Source of the DNA: Candidatus Eremiobacteria bacterium
GTDB taxonomy: Bacteria > Vulcanimicrobiota > Vulcanimicrobiia > Vulcanimicrobiales > Vulcanimicrobiaceae
Direction: 5' to 3'
NCBI GenBank assembly: GCA_963758295.1
Contig: CAVWUU010000004.1
Location: forward strand, 320,001-384,000
Length of the DNA stretch: 64,000 nucleotides
The notes beneath the pieces are model-generated. The model did not search any database, was not told where the DNA came from, and saw only the letters and a list, made by a program, of their open reading frames with translations. Shown piece by piece: positions 30,213-38,318 of this stretch (its first letter is position 1; every line of letters starts with the position of its first letter). The translations under genes and the position numbers were made by a program.

Positions 30213-30656
30213 ATGGCATTTAACAGACGCGCACAAGCCGTTTGGGCCGGCGGTCAGGACGGCAGCGGAAACGTCTCCTTCACCAGCGGCGCGCTGCCGG
30301 AGGTTCCCTACAGCGTTCAAACGCGCTTCGGCGATCAGCCCGGCACTAATCCCGAGGAGCTTCTTGCCGCTTCGCATGCAGCGTGCTACAGCATGGCGCT
30401 GACGTTCTTCCTTACGCGCCAGGGACATCAACCAAAAAGCATCGACACCCAAGCCGTTGTCACGATCGATCAAGCCGGCGAGGGATTCAAAGTCACGCGC
30501 TCACGCCTTCGCGTAACCGGCGACGTTCCGGGCTTGACTCAAGATCAATTCGCCGAACTTGCCGCCCGAGCCGAGAGTGCTTGCCCAATCTCCAACGCGA
30601 TCCGCAACAATGTCGAAGTCTTTGTCGAGGCGGAACTCTTCCCCGCGTCATCCTGA
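30213..30656 (+). CDS. osmC: OsmC peroxiredoxin
   Basis: GTNPEELLAASHAACYSMAL, CPIS. Confidence 0.93.
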   Translation: MAFNRRAQAVWAGGQDGSGNVSFTSGALPEVPYSVQTRFGDQPGTNPEELLAASHAACYSMALTFFLTRQGHQPKSIDTQAVVTIDQAGEGFKVTRSRLRVTGDVPGLTQDQFAELAARAESACPISNAIRNNVEVFVEAELFPASS

Positions 30657-30736
30657 ACGACGAATCATCGCGAGGTAGATGAACGTGCTAAACGGGTTAC
30701 TCTTCGTTCGCATGCCGCGTGACTCACTTTCGAAGG

Positions 30737-31930
30737 TCATTGACAAGAAACTAGGTCCATAGCGTCACTAGTGCTCGACAACATCGTCGGCTCCCAAAAG
30801 TGCGACGTACCGGGGACGATCGCCAGTGGACCGGCCGGAAACGGATACTGCGGCAGATCATTGGGAATCGAGTGGAAACGGTCGCTTCCACTATAGCCGT
30901 ACAGTGTGATGCCGGGGCCGTTTGACGCTGAGATTACCGTGCGCTTTTCATCCAGTGGTGCGACGCCTTGAAAAATGGACTCGGAGCCCGTTTGCGTGAA
31001 GACGTACGGTTGCCATTGCCCGTTGTAGCGCCATATGCGGCCGAAGTACGTCTGCTCTGGCGTGCCGACATTTATTCCTTGTAAACCGATGAGCCAAATA
31101 TTATCCGGCCCAGTGGCAGCCATCTGGACCGGAACGACGTTCGCTTCGGTTTGTCCCGGAACTGCCGGGAGAACGTGAGTCGTCCCCCATCGCGAACCGT
31201 TCCACTGGGCCGCATAGATCTGGTTCTCATAGCCGTCTGTCACGGCCCAAATATTCGCCGGCGAAAACTCGAGCAATGGCCCCGCATTTCCTGGATAAGG
31301 TTCCACCGCTACAACGGAAAGCGTCGCGCCGTTCCAGTGCGCTAACTCGAGATGTCGCGCGTTCCCTGCGGCGTAATCGTTCTCGCCCGAAATCCACAGG
31401 TCGTTCGTCGATAGCCCGCTCAATGCGCGCGGCGAAAAGTGGGCGGAATTTGGCCCGGAGAGCGTGACCTGAGACCAGCGTGCGCCGTCCCAGTGTGCAA
31501 CAAGCAAGTAGGTGCCGGTGTATCCGCCAGAATTTCCAACAACCCAAATATCGTTGTCGGTAAACGCTTGCATGAACGCCCCAACGACTCGCGTCATCCC
31601 AAATGGCTTTAGCACAGTCGAGTGCGCAGCGCCCGGCACGGCGTGATCGACAGACAGAACGCCGCTGCCGAGGTCTTGTTCCAAGAACCAAGTGTCGCTC
31701 GAACTTATCGGAACGGCTTGCTGAATGCGATTCGAGCCGCCCTGACCCAGCGCGGTAGCGATCACGGAACAACTCGCTAGCGAGGCAGTCGTCATTGCTT
31801 GCGATACTGCCGCGGGAAGAACCGACTTTGAATTCGCTCCCGAAGAGATAGAAGACGCGCCCCCGGCGCAACCGGCCAGAAAAATCAGCGCGAATGTGGT
31901 CGTATAAAAGCGTAGATCGGTGTGATACAT
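30737..31930 (-). CDS. Secreted lipoprotein with beta-propeller-like repeats
   Basis: Lipobox LAGC; repeated (D/N)IWxxG...HW(D/N)GxxW units. Confidence 0.75.
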   Translation of the reverse strand: MYHTDLRFYTTTFALIFLAGCAGGASSISSGANSKSVLPAAVSQAMTTASLASCSVIATALGQGGSNRIQQAVPISSSDTWFLEQDLGSGVLSVDHAVPGAAHSTVLKPFGMTRVVGAFMQAFTDNDIWVVGNSGGYTGTYLLVAHWDGARWSQVTLSGPNSAHFSPRALSGLSTNDLWISGENDYAAGNARHLELAHWNGATLSVVAVEPYPGNAGPLLEFSPANIWAVTDGYENQIYAAQWNGSRWGTTHVLPAVPGQTEANVVPVQMAATGPDNIWLIGLQGINVGTPEQTYFGRIWRYNGQWQPYVFTQTGSESIFQGVAPLDEKRTVISASNGPGITLYGYSGSDRFHSIPNDLPQYPFPAGPLAIVPGTSHFWEPTMLSSTSDAMDLVSCQ

Positions 31931-32099
31931 GCGCGAGCCCTCCATCTCGAGCTAGAACGCACAAAAAGCCCAAGATCATTGTACCGCTCGGAAGAGAAGT
32001 ACAGGAGAGCCGCATGGAGTCCGATGCGAGTGCCTAAATGCTGGCGGGCAAAGCGGGCGGGGGTCCCAAAAAACAGCCTCAAATGTTCTGCGAGTCATG

Positions 32100-32157
32100 C
32101 TGGGTGGCTGGATTCGAACCAGCGCATGGCGGAGTCAAAGTCCACTGCCGTGCCCCA
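32100..32157 (-). pseudogene. D-arm-less tRNA-Gln-like copy 2
   Basis: TGGGGCAC-GGCA-GTGGA-CTTTGAC-TCCGC-CATGC-GCTGG-TTCGAAT-CCAGC-CACCCAG. Confidence 0.75.
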
Positions 32158-32249
32158 AAGCGCGTTGCGCTTCGGGGACCCCCAAGCCTTAACCGCACTC
32201 CGTTGCTTCGCAACTGCGCGCCCCCCGCGGCAAAGCCGCCGGGTCCCCC

Positions 32250-32280
32250 AAAAAAGAAGACTCGCGCGTCTGCGAGTCTT
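32250..32280 (-). terminator. Intrinsic terminator (repeat copy)
   Basis: AAGACTCGC/GCGAGTCTT stem followed by CTTTTTT. Confidence 0.75.
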
Positions 32281-32286
32281 ACAATG

Positions 32287-32346
32287 CTGGGGGTGGCTGG
32301 ATTCGAACCAACGCATGGCGGAGTCAAAGTCCACTGCCGTGCCCCA
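32287..32346 (-). pseudogene. D-arm-less tRNA-Gln-like copy 1
   Basis: TGGGGCAC-GGCA-GTGGA-CTTTGAC-TCCGC-CATGC-GTTGG-TTCGAAT-CCAGC-CACCCCCAG. Confidence 0.75.
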
Positions 32347-32438
32347 AAGCGCGTTGCGCTTCGGGGACCCCCAAGCCTTAACCGCACTCCGTTGCTTCGC
32401 AACTGCGCGCCCCCCGCGGCAAAGCCGCCGGGTCCCCC

Positions 32439-32469
32439 AAAAAAGAAGACTCGCGCGTCTGCGAGTCTT
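32439..32469 (-). terminator. Intrinsic terminator of tRNA-Gln
   Basis: 9-bp stem plus T-run 6 nt after the tRNA. Confidence 0.8.
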
Positions 32470-32475
32470 ACAATG

Positions 32476-32547
32476 CTGGGGCGGCTGGATTCGAACCAAC
32501 GCATGGTGGAGTCAAAGTCCACTGCCTTACCGCTTGGCTACGCCCCA
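32476..32547 (-). tRNA. tRNA-Gln (anticodon UUG), CCA not encoded
   Basis: TGGGGCGTAGCCAAGCGGTAAGGCAGTGGACTTTGACTCCACCATGCGTTGGTTCGAATCCAGCCGCCCCAG folds into a full cloverleaf. Confidence 0.97.
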
Positions 32548-32657
32548 TTACGCAGCTGGCGCTGCACGCACACTCTGTGCTTCCATTTGTTTCCGCGTCA
32601 GCGGAAACCCCATTACGCGGCGTAATGCGCAGTCGGGGCCGGAAGCGACCACGGAGA

Positions 32658-33044
32658 TTACGAGATGCGAGGCGGCTTCCCTGTGCGGGAGAGCCAAGGG
32701 ATCTCGAAGAGTTCCCCGCGACCTGCTCGCTGACTATACCGTATGGCGGCAATGAGCCATAAGACGAAGAGCGCAATATCGATCAACATCGCAAGGGCGT
32801 AGATCCAGATCGTCGCCGCAACACTCGTCACGAAGAAACTCAAGATCAGCGGCCAGAGAAACGCGACAAGCGCTGCAAGTACGGCTGCATTGCCGAACTT
32901 GAGCGCTTGTCTCATATGAACCCGGTACCAATTCGACGCGTCCGGTCGACGCGCGATGCGATCGTAGACCGCCACTGGCCAAACCAGGTAAGCGAGCGCG
33001 GCTATCCGCTGTTCCGCGCTTACGCGGTCGGTTGGGGTTTCTAT
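32658..33044 (-). CDS. Small membrane protein (DUF4870-like); start uncertain
   Basis: AALAYL...HMRQAL, hydrophobic helices, GELFEIP; no ATG nearby (ATA at 33044 or GTG at 32975). Confidence 0.6.
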   Translation of the reverse strand: METPTDRVSAEQRIAALAYLVWPVAVYDRIARRPDASNWYRVHMRQALKFGNAAVLAALVAFLWPLILSFFVTSVAATIWIYALAMLIDIALFVLWLIAAIRYSQRAGRGELFEIPWLSRTGKPPRIS

Positions 33045-33658
33045 CGGGCCGCGATCAGCCGCTTCGCGCCGACATAGCGCGCCGCCCAATAGGAGTCGCT
33101 CAGCTTCGAGACCATCACGCCGTGGCTCGAACTTGCGTGGACGAACTGACCATTCCCGATGTAGATACCCACGTGCGACACACCGGGCTCGTAGGTATGG
33201 AAGAATACGAGATCGCCGGCACGCATGGCGCCCACGATGCGGTGGCCTGCGTCGTACTGCGCGTCCGCCGTCCGCGGCAAGCTCATGCCGAGCATCGCGA
33301 AGACGTGTTGGACGTAGCCGGAGCAATCGAAGCCCGACGTGCTCGTGCCGCCGAAAACGTACGGCGTGCCGAGGAATCGCAGAGCGCTGCGCGTGAGTTG
33401 CTGCGCAATCTTCGAGGTACGGGCGAGTACGCCGCCCGCAAAACGGCCGATTTCACCGTTCTTACCACGGTGTTCGCTGCGGCTGTTCACGATGAGATGC
33501 GCGGTCCAGGCTTCCACGTCGGGGCTTTGGGCCATCTCGGTGGTAGCAACGACGTTGGCGGTATTAGCTGGTTTGACGATCGTTTCGTCGGCTCGCGCAA
33601 AACCAAAAGATCCGGCGAGCAACAGGGCAAAAGCCCCGGCAGCTAACGCTTGACGCAA
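33041..33658 (-). CDS. NlpC/P60 (C40) peptidoglycan endopeptidase
   Basis: Signal peptide, GTPYVFGG, FDCSG, LPRT, GDLVFF, HVGIYIG, FVHAS. Confidence 0.95.
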   Translation of the reverse strand: MRQALAAGAFALLLAGSFGFARADETIVKPANTANVVATTEMAQSPDVEAWTAHLIVNSRSEHRGKNGEIGRFAGGVLARTSKIAQQLTRSALRFLGTPYVFGGTSTSGFDCSGYVQHVFAMLGMSLPRTADAQYDAGHRIVGAMRAGDLVFFHTYEPGVSHVGIYIGNGQFVHASSSHGVMVSKLSDSYWAARYVGAKRLIAAR

Positions 33659-33677
33659 GAAAAAGCTCCTCTTTCAC

Positions 33678-33796
33678 AACACTTGCGAGGTTAGTTGACG
33701 GGTTCGGACGGGAAAGATCGCCCTAGGACCGACCGGTCCATTCACCCCTACCCTTGGGAGTCCCCCGCTCGGGATGCCAATCCCGATTCAGTGATC
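33678..33796 (-). ncRNA. c-di-AMP riboswitch (ydaO-yuaA)
   Basis: CTGAATC...GCGGGGGAC...GGGGTGAAT...TAGGG...CCGAACCCGTCAACTAACCTCGCAAG, directly before the RBS of an NlpC/P60 gene. Confidence 0.92.
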
Positions 33797-33897
33797 TTGT
33801 GCAGGCGTAGGTGCCGTGGAAATTAAGATCCACGGCTTGATGGGCCATATGGTACACCATAAGACGCCCGAATTCCTCTCTTGCTTGGACGCTATCT

Positions 33898-35250
33898 TTA
33901 CAAAGCGCGGGCCGCGGCCTCGATCTCGCCTGCTAGGTCGGCGGCAACGCGCTCGATCTGCTCCCGGTCATCGCCTTCGGCCATTACGCGGATGAGAGGT
34001 TCGGTGCCCGAAGGGCGGATGAGCAGGCGACCGCAGCCGTTGAGAATGGCTTCGGCTTGGGCGATGGCGGTGCGCACGGCGTCGGATTCCAGCACGTCTT
34101 TACGTGGGGTGCGCACGTTGACTAAGACTTGCGGCGCAACCACCACTTCGCTCACCAAATCGTGCAAACGCGTCTTCATTTCGCTCACGATTCCGAAGAG
34201 CGTCATCGCCGTCATCGGTCCATCGCCCGTGGTATTGCGGCGCAAATCGATGATGTGGCCCGATTGCTCGCCACCCAAGACAAACCCGCCGGCGCGCATC
34301 TGTTCGAGCACATAGCGGTCACCCACGGCCGCGCGCAAAAGCCGCATGCCGTGTTTTTGAAGCGCGCGCTCGAAGCCGATGTTGCTCATAACCGTTCCGA
34401 CGATGGTGTCGCCCGCGAGCTGGCCGCGTTCGTGCAAGTACTTCCCGATCGCGAACATCACGTGATCGCCTGAGACGATTTCACCGGTTTCGTCGACGAA
34501 AAGCGCGCGGTCGGCGTCGCCGTCGAACCCGACCCCTATCACGTGCTGTTCTCCGTCGGCAACCAGTTGACGGACGGATTCTTGGAGCGATCGGAGGTGC
34601 GTCGCGCCGCAGTTCACGTTGATGCGCGCGCCATCGTTTTCGCAATGGATCTCGGTGACGATCGCGCCCATCTTACGCATGGCGTAGGGCGCCATTGCGT
34701 AAGCAGCGCCGTACGCGCCATCGACCACGATGTGCAGGCTCGAAAGATCGACGCCCGTGCTATAGAGCTCTTCGTAGTAGTACTTTCCAAGGTTTTGCGC
34801 GACGCGCGCAACGCCGATGTCGGTTCCGGTCGGCCGCGGAAGCCCGGTGCTCTCGAGCAACGATTCGATTTCGATTTCTATGTCGTCGGAAAGCTTGAAC
34901 CCGTCCGGCCCGAAAAACTTGATGCCGTTGTCCGCAATCGGATTGTGCGAAGCGCTGATCATCACGCCGGCCGCAGCCTTCTCCGCGACGGTAATGCGCG
35001 CGACCGCCGGCGTCGGTACGACGCCGACCGACACGGCATCGCGGCCGACGGACGTAATGCCCGCAATGATGGCTGCCTCGAGCATCGTTCCGGAAAGACG
35101 CGTGTCGCGCCCCACGATCACCGGCCGGTGGCGGTCGCTCATGTGCGCGAGAACCGTCGCGCCGGCTCGCCCAACTTTGAACGCCAGCTCCGGCGTTAGG
35201 TCGGCATTTGCGACGCCGCGCACGCCGTCGGTTCCAAAGAGTCGGCTCAC
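33898..35250 (-). CDS. glmM: Phosphoglucosamine mutase
   Basis: FGTDGVRG, ISASHNP, FDGDADR, GGEQSGH, RPSGTEP. Confidence 0.97.
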   Translation of the reverse strand: MSRLFGTDGVRGVANADLTPELAFKVGRAGATVLAHMSDRHRPVIVGRDTRLSGTMLEAAIIAGITSVGRDAVSVGVVPTPAVARITVAEKAAAGVMISASHNPIADNGIKFFGPDGFKLSDDIEIEIESLLESTGLPRPTGTDIGVARVAQNLGKYYYEELYSTGVDLSSLHIVVDGAYGAAYAMAPYAMRKMGAIVTEIHCENDGARINVNCGATHLRSLQESVRQLVADGEQHVIGVGFDGDADRALFVDETGEIVSGDHVMFAIGKYLHERGQLAGDTIVGTVMSNIGFERALQKHGMRLLRAAVGDRYVLEQMRAGGFVLGGEQSGHIIDLRRNTTGDGPMTAMTLFGIVSEMKTRLHDLVSEVVVAPQVLVNVRTPRKDVLESDAVRTAIAQAEAILNGCGRLLIRPSGTEPLIRVMAEGDDREQIERVAADLAGEIEAAARAL

Positions 35251-35921
35251 GGTTTGGTTTTTGCTCCAGTTCCGGCAACGAAGTCGATTTGCACCCGCAC
35301 CAAGTCCGGTGCGACCTCCAGCCCGGCAATCTCCTGCCCAAGTGAGTTCACCGGGACCGGACGTACCATTGCGTCATAGGTCTGCGGGGAGGGCGCGAGC
35401 GGAACGTCGACGCGCACCGATGTCACTTGCGAGAGCAGCCCGGTGGGTCCGTGAACGATCACGCTGGATGGCGTCGTGTGGTTGTCGCCCACGACGATCG
35501 CGTTCTGATCGCTGCCGACGTAGTGATACGCAAGAGGGTAAGCACGCTCGTCAATCTTCTCAATGGTTAAACTGACCGACGCAGGCGAAAGGCTCTGAAC
35601 CGCGATATGCGGCGCCACTAGCGCGATCGGCACGTTGTAGACGCCGGGCGTTTTGCTTGACAAGTCGAGGACCGCTTTGATCTCCTCCGGTTTCACCGGC
35701 GCTTCGCCGGGCTTAGATGCAACCGTTACCACGGCGTCTTTTTCGCTGAAATGCGCGATGTAGCCAACGGGCAAATTCGCCGCGAGGATCGGCACCGAAA
35801 TCTGCTGATCGAAGTGCGCGGCGATTACCGGATTGCTAGCGAAACGAAAATACGCCCAGCCGATAATGGCGAGCGCAAGCGAGAGAACTTTAAGTCCGAA
35901 GTTCTTTCGGATGATCTGCAC
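35247..35921 (-). CDS. cdaR: CdaR/YbbR regulator of diadenylate cyclase
   Basis: KVLSLALAIIGW TM, YbbR-like repeats, position between cdaA and glmM. Confidence 0.88.
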   Translation of the reverse strand: MQIIRKNFGLKVLSLALAIIGWAYFRFASNPVIAAHFDQQISVPILAANLPVGYIAHFSEKDAVVTVASKPGEAPVKPEEIKAVLDLSSKTPGVYNVPIALVAPHIAVQSLSPASVSLTIEKIDERAYPLAYHYVGSDQNAIVVGDNHTTPSSVIVHGPTGLLSQVTSVRVDVPLAPSPQTYDAMVRPVPVNSLGQEIAGLEVAPDLVRVQIDFVAGTGAKTKP

Positions 35922-36783
35922 GGACGTTTCCTTCGCCGCGACGCGGCGCCAGGCGGGCGCGAAGATGCGACACGAGGTCGTTGGCTCGGCGTCGATGGTC
36001 GCGCGGCGGGCGCGTCACGGCGAGGAGCACTTTGTTTAAGCGAGCCTCTTCTTCGACCGGACGCGAAAGTTTGCCCTCGCGTGCGATGCTAATGGCGCCG
36101 GTTTCTTCCGACACCACGATCACAACGGCGTCCGTCTGTTCGGTCAGTCCCAGCGCCGCGCGATGCCGCGTGCCGACGCGGCGTTCCGCGAGCGACTGCT
36201 CCGCCAGCGGTAAAAAACAGCCCGCCGCTTCGACGACATTTTCGCGGACGATTAGGGCGCCGTCGTGCAATGGCGACCGGGGCATGAAAATCGCCAGCAG
36301 CAGTTCGGCGGATAGATTTGCGTTAAGCAGAGTGCCGCTCTCGACGAATTCTTTGAGGCCGCTTTGCTGCTCGATGACAATCAAACCGCCGAGTTTGTTG
36401 CGTGAAAGCAAAAACGCGGCGCGCGACAGCGTGGCAATCGACGCATCTTCCGGGCGCGTCCAGTCGGCGATATCTTCGCCGATGTGCAACAGGCCACCGC
36501 GACCAATCTGTTCGAGCGCCCGGCGAAGTTCCGGTTGGAAAACGATCGGCAACGTGACGGCCGCGCCGACCACGAGCAGTTGGAGAATCGTTCCCAGTAA
36601 AATCAAATGCAGCAGGCCGGCCAGACCCAAAAGACCGACGAGGACCATCAGCCCGGTGATAATCTGAACGGCGCGCGTGCCGCGGATGAGCAGCAAGACA
36701 TAGTAGATCAACACGCTGGTGCCGGCGATATCGAGGACGTCGGTAATGCCGACGTAGGAAAGCATCGAATTAATCAGTGACAC
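35890..36783 (-). CDS. cdaA: Diadenylate cyclase CdaA/DacA
   Basis: TMs, FQPELRRALE, LHDGA, GTRHRAA, VSEETG; GGAG before the GTG start. Confidence 0.95.
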   Translation of the reverse strand: MSLINSMLSYVGITDVLDIAGTSVLIYYVLLLIRGTRAVQIITGLMVLVGLLGLAGLLHLILLGTILQLLVVGAAVTLPIVFQPELRRALEQIGRGGLLHIGEDIADWTRPEDASIATLSRAAFLLSRNKLGGLIVIEQQSGLKEFVESGTLLNANLSAELLLAIFMPRSPLHDGALIVRENVVEAAGCFLPLAEQSLAERRVGTRHRAALGLTEQTDAVVIVVSEETGAISIAREGKLSRPVEEEARLNKVLLAVTRPPRDHRRRANDLVSHLRARLAPRRGEGNVRADHPKELRT

Positions 36784-37315
36784 GATGCTGCTCCAGCAAG
36801 GCTTCCAATACGCGGTCGGGCGCGATTTCCGGGGCGTCCAACCCTTCGGAGGCAATCTTCGCCGACCACGAAAGCGGCAATGGTGCGAGCAGACGGCTAG
36901 AACGCCCGCCGCCGAAGCGGGAAAGTTCCACGTCGATAAGCGCCATGATAAACGACGCGCTCGTGCGCTCCATGTTCCACTCGACCAGCACGGCGTCGCC
37001 TTCGGTTTCGCATCGAGCGATGCCGGAGGGTGCGCCGGGGCCGCCCAGTGCATGCCGCAGTACGGGCAAGGCTTCTGCGGCGTGGGGGGAAACTGCAAGG
37101 GCGATGAGAGGCGAATCGACGATTTCAGCGGTTGCGACGGAGGCTAGCTCCCCCGCGCACGCATCGCTCGCTTCTTCTACCAACGCATACGCGCAGGCTG
37201 GTCGAGCGTTGCGTTGCCACGTTATCCGGCCGTTATGCCTGCGTACGACCGCGTCGACGGTGCCGGTTTCAGCGTCGTCGGGGATCGAACGGTAACGCAG
37301 GGTGAATTCGCCCAC
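36770..37315 (-). CDS. Hypothetical protein overlapping the cdaA start
   Basis: GTG-initiated 181-aa C-terminal part of the long ORF; divergent from rsgA. Confidence 0.6.
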   Translation of the reverse strand: MGEFTLRYRSIPDDAETGTVDAVVRRHNGRITWQRNARPACAYALVEEASDACAGELASVATAEIVDSPLIALAVSPHAAEALPVLRHALGGPGAPSGIARCETEGDAVLVEWNMERTSASFIMALIDVELSRFGGGRSSRLLAPLPLSWSAKIASEGLDAPEIAPDRVLEALLEQHRVTD

Positions 37316-37357
37316 TGTGCCTGCATCGTTTGCCGCGGCGCGCCTGCAATCTTGCGA

Positions 37358-38239
37358 ATGAGCGATACTCGCCGCGCGCTTGTCGTCTCGACCGGCAAAA
37401 ACGCCGCTTGGGTCGTGCTGGACGACGAATTGCAACCTCGCGTCGCGCAATTGCGGCGGATGACCGGAAAGCGCTTTATGCCGGTTCCGGGCGATGTGGT
37501 TCACGTGCGCGTGCTCGAGGACGGCAAAACCGTCGTCGATAGATCGGAAGACCGAAGTTTTACGTTGGAGCGCCGCTCGATCGACGGTCGCACCAAAACG
37601 ATGGCGGCGAACGTCGATACGCTTACTACCGTTACCGCGCTTGCCGATCCGGCGCCGCGCCTCGTTACACTCGATCAACTTCTCGCTTTCGCGGAACTCC
37701 AAGACATAGACGCCATCGTCGTTTTCACCAAACCCGATCTCGCCTCCGATGAAGAGCGCGAGCGTCTTATAAGGACGTACGAGTCGCTCGGATACCGGAC
37801 GATCGTGGTAAACCCGAAAACGGCAACGAACGTCGAAGCGCTTCGTGACGCGATTCACCGGCGGCATGCGCTGTTGTGCGGAATATCCGGCGTGGGGAAG
37901 AGTTCGATTTTCAAGGCGCTCGGCGGCGACGCGAGCGTCGGCGAAGTTAGCCGCTACGGTCTCGGCCGGCAAACGACCACGACGGCTCGACTATACCGGA
38001 TGGAAGACGGCTTCCTTATAGATAGCCCGGGCGTCAACGAGTTCGGCCTCGGCAGGATCGAGCCGCAAGAACTCGTTCACGGGTTCCGCGAGATGCCGGG
38101 ACCCGCGGCAAGCTGCCGCTTTACCGACTGTACTCACCTCCAGGAGCCGGATTGCGGCGTCCAGGGCGCGGTGGCGGGCGGCCGGATTGCCGAGAGCCGA
38201 TATCAGAGCTACCGAAGGATCCTTTTGGAGCCCAGCTGA
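37358..38239 (+). CDS. rsgA: Ribosome small subunit-dependent GTPase A
   Basis: TKPD, GISGVGKS, TTT, DSPG, CRFTDCTH..EPDC. Confidence 0.95.
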   Translation: MSDTRRALVVSTGKNAAWVVLDDELQPRVAQLRRMTGKRFMPVPGDVVHVRVLEDGKTVVDRSEDRSFTLERRSIDGRTKTMAANVDTLTTVTALADPAPRLVTLDQLLAFAELQDIDAIVVFTKPDLASDEERERLIRTYESLGYRTIVVNPKTATNVEALRDAIHRRHALLCGISGVGKSSIFKALGGDASVGEVSRYGLGRQTTTTARLYRMEDGFLIDSPGVNEFGLGRIEPQELVHGFREMPGPAASCRFTDCTHLQEPDCGVQGAVAGGRIAESRYQSYRRILLEPS

Positions 38240-38250
38240 CGGCGGAAGGC

Positions 38251-38279
38251 TGGACCATCGAAAAGGTCTGTGTTATACT
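38251..38279 (+). promoter_or_regulatory. Sigma70-type promoter of rpsT
   Basis: TGGACC-N17-TATACT with extended TG. Confidence 0.65.
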
Positions 38280-38318
38280 ACGCGGCGTTGCCCCCTAGCC
38301 GTTAGGAGTTCTTTTACT

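Larger units (their letters stand above)
32100..32475 (-). repeat. Two tandem ~188-bp tRNA-linked repeats (32287-32475 and 32100-32286), plus a degenerate third start down to ~32045
   Basis: 129-bp spacers 32158-32286 and 32347-32475 are identical by eye; each is followed by a tRNA-Gln-derived segment. Confidence 0.95.

Noticed and set aside
32100..32547. CRISPR array interpretation of the repeats
   Set aside because: Spacers are identical and 129 bp long, the repeat is tRNA-derived, and no cas genes are present
32543..32627. 11-bp direct repeat CCCCATTACGC and a small hairpin upstream of the tRNA
   Set aside because: Too short to separate from chance or ordinary promoter structure
31922..32776. 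Several long ORFs with internal repeats over the tRNA region
   Set aside because: They are translations of the tRNA and its DNA repeats, with no protein-like features
35890..37098. 402-aa extended CdaA from the ORF track
   Set aside because: The extension overlaps another gene; an RBS supports the GTG at 36783
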